From: a bacterium
GTDB lineage: Bacteria; UBA8248
DNA: 64,000 nucleotides
Assembly: GCA_965203325.1 (NCBI GenBank)
Contig: OZ241875.1
Location: 4,290,702 to 4,354,701, forward strand
Reading direction: 5' to 3'
Of the stretch, positions 15,901-25,212 are shown piece by piece; positions within the stretch are counted from its first letter, which is position 1; each line of letters opens with the position of its first letter. A model generated the notes under the pieces. The model saw only the letters and a program-made list of their open reading frames with translations, was not told where the DNA came from and did not search any database. A program made the position numbers and the translations under genes.

Positions 15901-18312
15901 ATGTCGATAAATTCCATTCCTGAAACATTGGAAATTCCGGTCGAGGGCATGTCGTGCGCGGCATGTTCCGCGCGGCTGGAAAAACGGCTTGGCGCGCTCG
16001 ACGGCGTATTGCGCGCGAACGTGAATCTGGCGCTCGCGCGCGCGCAGGTCGAGTTCGTTCCCGCCCAGGTCACGCCCGCCGACATCACCAAAAGAGTAGA
16101 GAAGACCGGGTTCCGCGTTCCGCATTCTCACGTCGAGTTCACGATAGAAGGGGTGGCGAGCGCGGCGGATGCCGTTGGCCTGGAGGAGCAATTAAGCGTG
16201 CTCGATGGCGTCGTCTCCGCTGGCGTGGACCTCTCGAAGGCCCAAGGCCGTGTCGAGTTCCAGCCGGCCATCACTCACGCCGATGAGATTTTGAATTATG
16301 TGGCCAGGGCGGGATATTCGACCCGCCCGGTGATGGATGAGGAACAGGATACGGAGAAACTGAAACGAGAGCGCGAATTCAGGAAAAGCGTACGTCTGCT
16401 CGTGCTCTCAGCGGTTTTGTCCGCACCGCTGCTCTTCCAGATGGCCGGGATGATACCGGGCGCCGGGGGCTGGGAGTTGCCCAGGTGGTGGCAGTTCGCG
16501 CTCGCCACGCCCGTGCAGTTCATCGTGGGCTGGCGGTTCTACCGGGGCGCGTATCATTCGCTCATGGGCGGCGGCGCGAACATGGACGTTCTCGTTGCTC
16601 TGGGTACGAGCGCGGCCTGGCTGCACAGCAGCGTGGTGACGCTAATGGGTTTGAGCGGGCATCATGTGTATTTCGAGGCGTCCGCGGTTCTGATCACGCT
16701 CATCGTGCTCGGAAAGGTGCTCGAAGAGCGTGCCATGGGACGAACTTCAGAGGCTATCAAGAAACTCATGGGCCTTCAGGCGAAGACGGCGCGGGTGCTC
16801 CGCGACGGAGAAGAGCGCGAGGTTCCCGTGGGCGAGGTTCGCGTGAACGACGTCGTGATGGTGCGCCCGGGTGAGAAATACCCCGTGGACGGTATCATCC
16901 TTGAGGGCATGACTTCCGCCGATGAATCCATGCTGACGGGCGAGAGCGTGCCCGTGGCGAAAGGTGTGGACGACGCGGTCACCGGGGCCACGCTCAACAT
17001 CGACGGGGCGGTGACGTTCCGGGCCACCAAGGTGGGAAAAGATACGGTGCTCGCGCAGATCATTCGCATGGTGGAGCAGGCGCAGGGCTCCAAGGCGCCG
17101 ATTCAGCGCACCGCGGACAGGGTTTCGGGCATATTCGTGCCCATCGTGCTGGGAATCGCCCTCGTCACATACATTCTTTGGGACTTTATGGGGCCGTTCA
17201 CGCCCGCGCTCATCAACGCCGTCGCCGTTTTGGTCATCGCCTGTCCGTGCGCCCTGGGATTAGCGACGCCGACAGCCATCATGGTGGGCACCGGGAAAGG
17301 AGCTGAGGCCGGGGTTTTGATCAAGGGCGGCGAATCTCTGGAGACGGCGCACAGGCTCGACGCCGTCATTTTGGATAAAACGGGCACGCTGACCAAGGGG
17401 TCGCCCGTGGTGACAGATATTTTGCCGCTGAGCGGACTCTCCCAAGAGGAGTTGCTCAGGCTCGCGGCGAGCGCGGAGCGGGGTTCTGAGCATCCGCTGG
17501 GCAAATCGATAGTCGATGAGGCGGGGGCGCGAGGCGTTGAATTGCTCGAGATGCGGGATTTTCGCGCTTTTCCGGGGCATGGCCTGGAAGCGGAGGTGGG
17601 AGGGCGGAAAATTTATCTGGGCAACGAGAAGTTCATGGCGGAGCGTGGTGTGGACGCGCCCGGGTCTGTCGATGAGATTCGCCGCTTCGAATCGGAGGGG
17701 AAAACAGTGGTCCTCGTCGCCGATGACGGGGGCCTGCTGGGCGTCATCGGCGTTGCCGATTCCTTGAGGGAAAACTCGGCGGAAGCGGTTGCGGCTCTTC
17801 AGGGCATGGGAATCGAGGTCTACATGTTGACGGGCGACAACGAGCGCACGGCGCAAACCATAGCGGCCGAAGCGGGCATTTCCCACGTGATGGCGGACGT
17901 GATGCCGGATGAAAAGGCGGCGATGGTGCAACAGCTTAAACGAGAAGGCAAAAAGGTGGGCATGGTGGGTGACGGCATCAACGACGCCCCGGCGTTGGCC
18001 GCCGCTGACGTGGGCTTCGCGATCGGCTCGGGCACGGATATCGCGATGGAGGCGTCGGACATCACGCTGATGCAGGGCGATCTGATGGGCGTCGTGGCGG
18101 GAATTCACCTCTCAAAGACCGTGTTGAGGAAAATTCGCCAGAACCTTTTCTGGGCGTTTTTCTACAACATTCTCGGCATTCCTCTCGCGGCGTTCGGATT
18201 CTTGAGCCCCATCGTCGCGGGGGCGGCCATGGCGTTCAGTTCCGTATCCGTCGTCTCGAACACCTTGTTGCTCAGAAACTGGAAGCCCGCTCGTTCGAGG
18301 AGTGCGGGCTAG
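15901..18312 (+). CDS. copA: Copper-translocating P1B-type ATPase
   Basis: 803 aa. N-terminal HMA domain with [14 protein letters not shown] second HMA-like domain lacks CxxC ([18 protein letters not shown]). TM CPC motif ([12 protein letters not shown]), [19 protein letters not shown]. Confidence 0.9.
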   Translation: MSINSIPETLEIPVEGMSCAACSARLEKRLGALDGVLRANVNLALARAQVEFVPAQVTPADITKRVEKTGFRVPHSHVEFTIEGVASAADAVGLEEQLSVLDGVVSAGVDLSKAQGRVEFQPAITHADEILNYVARAGYSTRPVMDEEQDTEKLKREREFRKSVRLLVLSAVLSAPLLFQMAGMIPGAGGWELPRWWQFALATPVQFIVGWRFYRGAYHSLMGGGANMDVLVALGTSAAWLHSSVVTLMGLSGHHVYFEASAVLITLIVLGKVLEERAMGRTSEAIKKLMGLQAKTARVLRDGEEREVPVGEVRVNDVVMVRPGEKYPVDGIILEGMTSADESMLTGESVPVAKGVDDAVTGATLNIDGAVTFRATKVGKDTVLAQIIRMVEQAQGSKAPIQRTADRVSGIFVPIVLGIALVTYILWDFMGPFTPALINAVAVLVIACPCALGLATPTAIMVGTGKGAEAGVLIKGGESLETAHRLDAVILDKTGTLTKGSPVVTDILPLSGLSQEELLRLAASAERGSEHPLGKSIVDEAGARGVELLEMRDFRAFPGHGLEAEVGGRKIYLGNEKFMAERGVDAPGSVDEIRRFESEGKTVVLVADDGGLLGVIGVADSLRENSAEAVAALQGMGIEVYMLTGDNERTAQTIAAEAGISHVMADVMPDEKAAMVQQLKREGKKVGMVGDGINDAPALAAADVGFAIGSGTDIAMEASDITLMQGDLMGVVAGIHLSKTVLRKIRQNLFWAFFYNILGIPLAAFGFLSPIVAGAAMAFSSVSVVSNTLLLRNWKPARSRSAG

Positions 18313-18368
18313 ATTCGGGGTGCAGGCTTAAGCCCTCAGTGACTCGATTTTTCTTGGAGAAACATGAA

Positions 18369-18575
18369 ATGGCCAAAATGGAGATAATCGTAGGTGGGAT
18401 GAGTTGCGGGATGTGCCAATCGGCAGTCCAGGAGGCGTTAAGTGGTGTGGAAGGTGTGGCCGAAGCCGCCGTCGATCTGGAAGGGGGCAGGGCGACTGTC
18501 GTTTTCGATGAGGGGAAGACAAACCTCGACGCAATGCGCGCCGCCGTTGAAGACGCCGGATTTGATGCAGAATAA
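18369..18575 (+). CDS. copZ: Copper chaperone, HMA domain
   Basis: MAKMEIIVGGMSCGMCQSAV... ferredoxin-like HMA fold with MxCxxC. RBS GGAGA lies 10 nt upstream of ATG 18369; the track ORF starts earlier at GTG 18339. Confidence 0.8.
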   Translation: MAKMEIIVGGMSCGMCQSAVQEALSGVEGVAEAAVDLEGGRATVVFDEGKTNLDAMRAAVEDAGFDAE

Positions 18576-18646
18576 GACGCTAATTAACAGTTAGTTATGT
18601 GCTGTATATCAAGTAGATTCTCGATTCATCTGCTTCACTCTCGGCC

Positions 18647-19282
18647 CTATCTAGGCTGTCCGTCCTGAAAACTTCTCTCCAGAAATTCCCCGAGCGTGCA
18701 CTGCCAAAAGCCGTTTAAGCGGCCGATGGGACCTAGTTTCTTCATGTCGATGTAGCCGCCCGTCATGATGTCCGGGTTGACGTGGAAATAAACGACTTCT
18801 CCAATCAGGAGGGGGTGCTTGTTCGGCCCGAGTTCGAAGACGTTGTGGGTCTTGCACTCGAAGTGAATGGGCGCGTCCTTGATGCGCGGCGCCTTTACCT
18901 TCCTGGCGGGTATCGGTTCGAGGCCGGTGGCGTCGAATTCGCTCTCCTCCGCCGGGATGCCGTTCGCCGTGTCCACCATCTGCTCCCAATGGCGGTGAGT
19001 GACGACGTTGAAGCAGAATTCCCCGGTTTCCTGCGCGTTGATGAGGGTGTGCTTCTTGGTGCCGTCGGGGTTTCTCGCCACAGTGAGCGATATCATCGGC
19101 GGCGCCACGCACACGCAGGTGAAGAAGCTGAAGGGCGCGATGTTGTGGACTCCCTCCTGGCTGATGGACGACGCCCAGCCGATAGGGCGCGGGACGATGG
19201 AGCCCGTGAGCAGGCGGTAAATCTCGCGTCTTTCTATCTCGTCGGGGTCGAATTCCAGGTATTCGCTCATCTGATTCCTCAA
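18647..19282 (-). CDS. Flavin reductase-like FMN-binding domain protein
   Basis: IVPRPIGWASSISQEGVHNIAPFSFFTCVCVAPPMISL matches the Flavin_Reduct split-barrel signature (PRP..w..t...dG..N.aPfS.f......PP). Confidence 0.65.
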   Translation of the reverse strand: MRNQMSEYLEFDPDEIERREIYRLLTGSIVPRPIGWASSISQEGVHNIAPFSFFTCVCVAPPMISLTVARNPDGTKKHTLINAQETGEFCFNVVTHRHWEQMVDTANGIPAEESEFDATGLEPIPARKVKAPRIKDAPIHFECKTHNVFELGPNKHPLLIGEVVYFHVNPDIMTGGYIDMKKLGPIGRLNGFWQCTLGEFLERSFQDGQPR

Positions 19283-19313
19283 AATGGCTTGAAGCGCGCA
19301 AGAATCACGTCAT

Positions 19314-20081
19314 TTACGACATGTAGCGTCCCGCGTTCACGGCGATGGTCTGGCCCGTGAGGTAGGCGGATTCGGGCGAGGCCAGCATGAGCACCCAGCC
19401 CACCATGTCGTCCACATCGGCGATGCGGCCCAGGAGCGTGCCTTTGCCGATCATCTCGCGCTGCTCTTCGGAACGCACCGCAATGACGCGCTCTGTCGCC
19501 GTCGTTCCGGGTGCGATGGCGTTCACGCGCACGTTGTATTGCCCAAGCTCGTAGGCGAGGACGCGGGTTAAGGCGTGGACGCCCGCCTTGGCCGCCGCGT
19601 AGGGCGGGGAAGACGGCTGGAGCGTGGTGATTCCCGACATGGAGCCCAGGTTGATCACGCAGCCGCCCTTTTGCTTCTCGAAAACGGGCGTGAGGTATTT
19701 AGAGGTCAGAAACACGCTTTTCAGGTTCCTGTCCACCACGGCGTCCCACTCGTCTTCCGACGTATCGCCCGTGGATAGCTGCTGGTGAAAGCCGCCGGCG
19801 GAGTTGACGAAAATATCGATAGCGCCCGCCTCGTTCACGATACGCTCTATCATCTGTTTCACGGCCACCGAGTCCGTGAGGTCGCAGTCGATGAAGGTGG
19901 CGTCACCCCCGTTCTCGCGGATGCCGGCGGCGGCCGCCTCGCCTGGTTCGACGTCGATATCGACGAGATAGGCCTTGGCGCCCGCCTCGGCGAACCGCTC
20001 CGCCGACCCCTTGCCGATGCCGCGCGACGCGCCCGTGACGACGGCGACCTGTCCGGAAAAATCAAAGTTCGTTTTGCCCAT
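19314..20081 (-). CDS. Short-chain dehydrogenase/reductase (SDR), FabG-like
   Basis: VAVVTGASRGIGKG (TGxxxGIG), NAG motif (VNSAGG), catalytic YxxxK (YAAAKAG). Confidence 0.85.
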   Translation of the reverse strand: MGKTNFDFSGQVAVVTGASRGIGKGSAERFAEAGAKAYLVDIDVEPGEAAAAGIRENGGDATFIDCDLTDSVAVKQMIERIVNEAGAIDIFVNSAGGFHQQLSTGDTSEDEWDAVVDRNLKSVFLTSKYLTPVFEKQKGGCVINLGSMSGITTLQPSSPPYAAAKAGVHALTRVLAYELGQYNVRVNAIAPGTTATERVIAVRSEEQREMIGKGTLLGRIADVDDMVGWVLMLASPESAYLTGQTIAVNAGRYMS

Positions 20082-20110
20082 GAAACACTCTCCTTAACGA
20101 TAATAAACCT

Positions 20111-20959
20111 TTACGCTCTCAGGAATTTCAGCACACGCTCGTTGAAAATACCGGGTTGCTCCCACTGTGCCATGTGTCCGGCGTCCAGAATAATCCCTAG
20201 TTCTGCATGGGGGGCGGCTTTTTGGCAAGCGCGCTGCCGTTCCTCCGGCGTGGGGAAGGCGATTACGTCGGCGTCTCCCCACAAGATGAGCAACGGCATG
20301 GAACACGCCGAAAGCAGGTCGGGCAGGTAGGGTTCCCGGTTCATGGCGTAGATGTTCATCCTCGAATTCTTGAGGTTCGTCCATGCTTGGGAGAGGTACG
20401 CCTCATCCGCACAGGCCGGATTTTTGAACATCAGCGCCTTTTGGTTGTGGACGAACACTTCGTATTTCTCTTGGGGGCTCATCTCCCTGGTGGCGCGGCG
20501 CTCGTCGCCGAGCCTGACGTCGCCCGTTATCCCTAGCCCTCCGGGCCCCAGCAAAACGAGTTTTTTGAACTTGGAGGCGTTTTCCCGGCAATACGTCACG
20601 CTCATGGTCGCACCGAACGAAAATGCCACGCAGGGGCACTCTTCGATTCCCAGCCCGTCGAGCAGGCGCCCGATGCCCTGCGTTACGGAGGCTGCCGTAT
20701 GCGGCTTGGGCGGCCGATAGCTTTCTCCGAAGGCGGGGAGATCCATCGCCAGGGTGCGGTAATGCTCGGCGAAGAAAGCCTGGTTCTTGAGCCAGTGGTT
20801 CGCCGCCCCGAAGCCGCCGTGCACGAGGAGCAGGGGTTCTTTATCGCCGTCCCCCGCCTCGGTATAGGCGAGCGGGCCGTCCGGGGTTCGCAGTGTTTTG
20901 GATTTGAGCCGGGCCACTGAGCATCCTTTGCCGTGTGACGATTTTGGGGAGGCTATCAC
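20111..20959 (-). CDS. Alpha/beta-fold hydrolase
   Basis: LLLVHGGFGAANHW (HGGxG oxyanion region), nucleophile-elbow-like VAFSFGAT, C-terminal His region; 282 aa. Confidence 0.75.
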   Translation of the reverse strand: MIASPKSSHGKGCSVARLKSKTLRTPDGPLAYTEAGDGDKEPLLLVHGGFGAANHWLKNQAFFAEHYRTLAMDLPAFGESYRPPKPHTAASVTQGIGRLLDGLGIEECPCVAFSFGATMSVTYCRENASKFKKLVLLGPGGLGITGDVRLGDERRATREMSPQEKYEVFVHNQKALMFKNPACADEAYLSQAWTNLKNSRMNIYAMNREPYLPDLLSACSMPLLILWGDADVIAFPTPEERQRACQKAAPHAELGIILDAGHMAQWEQPGIFNERVLKFLRA

Positions 20960-21125
20960 TTTTCGCCCGAAGCTGTGTAGCCGGCTCCGGGTTTTCTCTC
21001 ACTGGATGTTGTTTGTTCCGAATCCGTGATATGGAGATTTGCTCGGTTGCATTTGATACGTCGAATTTTTAAGGGAGATGCGGACTTCAGAAGATAGGAA
21101 GCACGACTCTCGGGCGCATGGCGTC

Positions 21126-21287
21126 TCAGCGGCCCCCATTGATGAGTTCGATGAAGGTGTCGATAATTCCGTTGTCATAGAGCGTCCACGCCGTTACCAC
21201 GACGACGAGCACGAGAACGCTCAGGAGCAGATATTCGAGAAGCCCGTGTTTGACGGCGGCGGGTTTTCTGGGATTTCTTTTCGCCAT
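21126..21287 (-). CDS. Possible small membrane protein (53 aa), hypothetical
   Basis: Minus-strand ORF MAKRNPRKPAAVKHGLLEYLLLSVLVLVVVVTAWTLYDNGIIDTFIELINGGR with one TM helix and GC3-rich codons. Shorter than the track threshold; no strong RBS. Confidence 0.25.
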   Translation of the reverse strand: MAKRNPRKPAAVKHGLLEYLLLSVLVLVVVVTAWTLYDNGIIDTFIELINGGR

Positions 21288-21474
21288 ACGTTGGTTTCTC
21301 GGCGCCTGGATGGAATGCGGGGCGAGTTTGTTGCTGAATTATAAACGCAATTCCCCGCTGGTGAAAGCCGAAATAAACGCGATGGAAGTTTGAATAGACA
21401 AGGGTGGGACATCCGTTTATGGTATACCGATCACGAGCCGTCTCATCATCGCATTGCGGAGTTTTACATCTCAC

Positions 21475-22053
21475 ATGGATTCTGCCAGACATAATTTCGG
21501 CGAAGTCGAAAAAATAAGAACCGAAGCGATAGGTGTCGCAGGAAAGAGGATTTTCCGCATTCTGATCGATTGCCCGACGAAGTCGGCCGCCACGCTTTGG
21601 CTGGAGAAGGAACAGGTCTATGGTCTTTCGATGGCGATGAAGAAGATGGTGGAGGCGAAAGGGCAGGAGGAACGTTCGAGCGAGGAGCCGGATTTTCCCG
21701 ATATCGCCGAGGTCGGCTCTGCTCCCGTGAGTTCCGGAGGGTTACTCGAATTCAAAGTGAGCCGATTGGGGCTGGCGTATGGTCCGGGCAAGAGCCGCGT
21801 TACGGTCTTTTTTTACGATGAACGAGATGAGGTCGCCTCCGAGGGGGAATCTTCCGAAGAAGAGGAATACGAAGAAGAAGCCGTCGGCCCCGCCGCTTTG
21901 CAGGTGAGTCTCGCGCATGCGCAGTTGGATGAATTCATCAACCAAAGCCTCAATGAATGTTCCTCCGGGCGGGGGACGGATGCACTCTCTCATCACGCCA
22001 TGGTGGCTACCGGCAAGGTCGACCCCAATACGAACGGGCATTTTCGTCATTAA
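21475..22053 (+). CDS. DUF3090-family protein
   Basis: HNFGEVEKIRTEAIGVAGKRIFRILIDCPT... followed by an acidic stretch (SEGESSEEEEYEEE). Resembles the conserved DUF3090 family that pairs with SCO1664-family genes; from memory. ATG 21475 is in frame with track ORF 21454. Confidence 0.6.
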   Translation: MDSARHNFGEVEKIRTEAIGVAGKRIFRILIDCPTKSAATLWLEKEQVYGLSMAMKKMVEAKGQEERSSEEPDFPDIAEVGSAPVSSGGLLEFKVSRLGLAYGPGKSRVTVFFYDERDEVASEGESSEEEEYEEEAVGPAALQVSLAHAQLDEFINQSLNECSSGRGTDALSHHAMVATGKVDPNTNGHFRH

Positions 22054-22085
22054 ATCGCCCTTTTTCTATTCGGCAGGAATATCTC

Positions 22086-22871
22086 GTGGCCCGGAAATTC
22101 TCTCCTCTTGAAGGCCCCGAAACGGTGGATGCGGCCGAATCGCAAGCCTATCGCTTCGAACCGGCGGAAATCGAAAATCTTTTGCTCAACTCGGAAATTC
22201 TGGGCGGTGAGTTGGTGCCGCAAGGCTCGAACTACACGTTCGCCGTGAGGATGAGTGCGGAGGATTTCCAGTTCTGGGGGATATACAAGCCTGCGAGCGG
22301 GGAGAGGCCATTATGGGATTTTCCTTACGGAACGCTCCATTTTCGTGAGAGGTGCTCTTTTCTGGTGAGTCATCATCTGGGATGGCACCTCGTTCCTCCG
22401 ACGGTGATCCGTGAAGGCCCGCACGGGGAGGGTTCCATGCAGTTGTGCGTGCCCTATGACGGAAAATCGAACTATTTCACGCTCCGCGCAGAGGAGCGTC
22501 CGGAACTGGTGCTGATCGCGGCCTTCGACATTATGGTGAACAATACGGATCGCAAGGGCGGCCATTGCTTCAAATCCGAAGACGGCCGCGTTTGGGGAAT
22601 CGATCACGGCCTCACGTTTCATGCGGAACCCAAGCTGCGAACCGTCATCTGGGACTATGCGGGCGTTTCCCTGCCCGAAGCGCAGTTGAACGACGTAAAA
22701 AGGCTGGAGGACAGCCTGCGCGATAGCGATAGCTCTTTAAGGCGTGAGATGGACGAACTTCTGGAGCCCGAGGAAGTGGAAATTTTTCTGGAAAGGGTGA
22801 TTCGCTTTCGAAAAAATCCGTGCCTGCCGACGCCCGAAGAGTACCGGCGTCTGCACTGGCATTTCGAATAG
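22086..22871 (+). CDS. SCO1664-family protein (PI3/PI4-kinase-like catalytic fold)
   Basis: GTG start with AGGAA RBS, 32 nt after the DUF3090 stop. Motifs DIMVNNTDRKGGHCF and GIDHGLTF resemble the catalytic/activation loops of PI3/4-kinase-like proteins. Confidence 0.6.
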   Translation: MARKFSPLEGPETVDAAESQAYRFEPAEIENLLLNSEILGGELVPQGSNYTFAVRMSAEDFQFWGIYKPASGERPLWDFPYGTLHFRERCSFLVSHHLGWHLVPPTVIREGPHGEGSMQLCVPYDGKSNYFTLRAEERPELVLIAAFDIMVNNTDRKGGHCFKSEDGRVWGIDHGLTFHAEPKLRTVIWDYAGVSLPEAQLNDVKRLEDSLRDSDSSLRREMDELLEPEEVEIFLERVIRFRKNPCLPTPEEYRRLHWHFE

Positions 22872-22916
22872 TTTTGAAAACGCCCGGGGAAATGGTGAGA
22901 CGCTGAGGTGTAGGCG

Positions 22917-24233
22917 ATGAGGACCCATACGAACCTGGCCGGGAATCGGTTGTTTTTCTTTCTTCTCTGCTTCATTCTCGGCTCGACGCTCGTCGGGTGC
23001 CCGGAGACTTCGCGCGTGCGCAGGAGGGCGCCGCGCGATGTGATGAACGAAAAACGCTGGTTTGTTCACGACAACCCCGATCATCCACAATCGAAGGTAT
23101 TTCTGGCGGAACTCGATGAGTTTGATTTTGAGCGGGCTACACGAAGGCACACGGCCCTCGCTTACAAAAAGTATCTCGAATATCATTTTACCGGCAAATA
23201 CTTTCGCCGGGCGCGCTATTGGCGGGAGCGGTTGCTGTATCAGGAAGCGCTCGAATCGAAAGAACCCGGCGCCCTCGAAGAGTTCCTGAAGCGCTTTCCT
23301 GAAGGCTGGTTCGAGACACCCTCCGGCGCAGATATCCAAAAGAGTGAGTATGAAGTACTGAGAGAAAAAGACGAGGTCGCATCCTACAGGGCGTTTATTG
23401 AAAAATACGAAAAGGCGCGGAGTGAGTGGACCGAAGCGGCGACCCAGCGCCTCGAAAGACTCCTGCTCGACGCGGCGAAAGCCTCAGGAAGTGTTCTCGG
23501 CCTCGAAAGGTTCGCTTTCGACAATCCCACCAGCCCGTATCTCGAAGAGGCGAAGGGCGCTTTGCGCGCGGTGAGGTTCGAGAGGGCGATGCGATCCGGG
23601 AAGGAGGTGGACTGGAAAGCCTTTGTTCGCAGATTCGAAGGCTCGAAAGAGGCCGCCCTCATGCGGCAGCACATGGAGACGCGGGCGCTCGAAGGGGCCG
23701 AGCGCTCGGGCCGCGTCGCTGCGCTCGAGCAATTTATCGTGCGCTATCCCGATTCGGTTCACAAAGAGCGAATCCTCTCCTCCATCAACAAGATGGCGCA
23801 GGAGAGGAATCAACAAGTCCATCGGTGGGTGCGCGTCGAGAGCGCCGAAGTCGAAGTGTTAAGGAAGCCCAGATGCAAATCGTGCAGGTCCTATCTGCGC
23901 GCCCAAGGCGTGTTGCTCAACACAGACCCCGATTTTTCCTTCGATGTGGGGCTGCAGGTCGAACTCATCCGAAACGGGAAAAAATGCTGCCGCACCAGGC
24001 ACTGGCTCAGAGGGTTGCGGCCCGGGGAGAGCCGCCCGTTTTCATTCCCGCTACGCGGAAAATCACCCAAAAGAGGCAGCCCCGCTCCCCGGTATGAATT
24101 CGAAGTGATATCCGGCTCTGCATATCGGAACCCGCAGGAGGAGCGGGTGATGGAAATCGAAGGTTTGGGTGGAAGAGGCAAGGGCCCCCAAAGCGATCGG
24201 TTCGCGCCCGTCCGGGTTCCCGATCTGAATTAG
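22917..24233 (+). CDS. Hypothetical lipoprotein
   Basis: Signal peptide with lipobox (ILGSTLVGC), 438 aa, charged helical regions and a C-terminal Cys-rich segment (CKSCRS...KKCCRTRHW). No family recognised. Confidence 0.55.
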   Translation: MRTHTNLAGNRLFFFLLCFILGSTLVGCPETSRVRRRAPRDVMNEKRWFVHDNPDHPQSKVFLAELDEFDFERATRRHTALAYKKYLEYHFTGKYFRRARYWRERLLYQEALESKEPGALEEFLKRFPEGWFETPSGADIQKSEYEVLREKDEVASYRAFIEKYEKARSEWTEAATQRLERLLLDAAKASGSVLGLERFAFDNPTSPYLEEAKGALRAVRFERAMRSGKEVDWKAFVRRFEGSKEAALMRQHMETRALEGAERSGRVAALEQFIVRYPDSVHKERILSSINKMAQERNQQVHRWVRVESAEVEVLRKPRCKSCRSYLRAQGVLLNTDPDFSFDVGLQVELIRNGKKCCRTRHWLRGLRPGESRPFSFPLRGKSPKRGSPAPRYEFEVISGSAYRNPQEERVMEIEGLGGRGKGPQSDRFAPVRVPDLN

Positions 24234-24309
24234 AATATCATATATATCAGTATGTTATAAATTTATCTTAAAGTAAAATAGAGATAATGGTCTCTGTTCC
24301 CAGAGGACG

Positions 24310-25212
24310 CTAGCGATTCTTGCGCCCGAGTCTGCGCCGGTTCACTTTCTTGATGTGTTTCGCGATGTAATTCACGAGGGCGGGGTTGCCGATAAGCAGT
24401 GATTGCCGCCATTTGCGCGCGGCGTCCAGGTCTTTGGGCGTGTTCTTCCCGGAGAAGAAGGTATCCAGCTCACGCCACTTGTTCGTGCGGTCGCGCCGGG
24501 CGAGCGTGATGCCCCCCGCTTCTTTCACGATGACGGCGCCCGCCGCCACGTCCCAGATGCTGGGAACGCCGAAGAGCGTATAGTGCAGGCCTCCGCGCGC
24601 TACGAGGGCCTGTTCGTAACACATGGAACCCGTGGCGCGCACTTCGCCCAGGTTCTTCTTGAGGGGTCCCGTGGGGCGGAATTGCGTCCAGTAGGAACCG
24701 GGAAGCGCGACGATGCGCTTTCCCGTGGGTTTCTCCTCTCCCGCCACCTCGATTCGGTGCTTGTTGCGATACGCGCCGCCCCCCTCGTAAGCGTGGTAGA
24801 TGGTGCCTTTGCCCTCCGGCGTGAATATGGCGCCCGCAATCGAACGGCCGCGCCTCAAGACTCCCACCGAACAGCCCCATACGTGCAGTCCGTTCAGGAA
24901 ATTTTTCGTGCCGTCCAGAGGGTCCAGGACCCACAGGTACTCGGGCACCTCGCGCGCGCCCTGTTCTTTGGCCTCTTCTTCGTCTTCGGGCTTCTCTTCG
25001 CCCAGGACGCCGTGCGCCGGAAATTTTTCGTTTATCGCTTTCGTGAGAAACTCCTGGCTCGCGCGGTCGGCTTCGCTCACCGGGTCGGTTTCGGCCTTGT
25101 TCTTGTAGTCCACCTCCACCTGCTTGCCGAAAAGCCCCATCAGGATCTCTCCCGCCTCGCGGGCGAATCTGGAAGCGGCTTCGGCCAATTCGTGAGGAGT
25201 AGGGTCGCTCAT
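24310..25212 (-). CDS. Inositol-monophosphatase-family phosphatase (SuhB/CysQ-like)
   Basis: EEKPEDEE...WVLDPLDGTKNF (DPxDGT metal-binding motif) and WDVAAG C-terminal motif. Overlaps the upstream gene by 4 nt. Confidence 0.8.
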   Translation of the reverse strand: MSDPTPHELAEAASRFAREAGEILMGLFGKQVEVDYKNKAETDPVSEADRASQEFLTKAINEKFPAHGVLGEEKPEDEEEAKEQGAREVPEYLWVLDPLDGTKNFLNGLHVWGCSVGVLRRGRSIAGAIFTPEGKGTIYHAYEGGGAYRNKHRIEVAGEEKPTGKRIVALPGSYWTQFRPTGPLKKNLGEVRATGSMCYEQALVARGGLHYTLFGVPSIWDVAAGAVIVKEAGGITLARRDRTNKWRELDTFFSGKNTPKDLDAARKWRQSLLIGNPALVNYIAKHIKKVNRRRLGRKNR

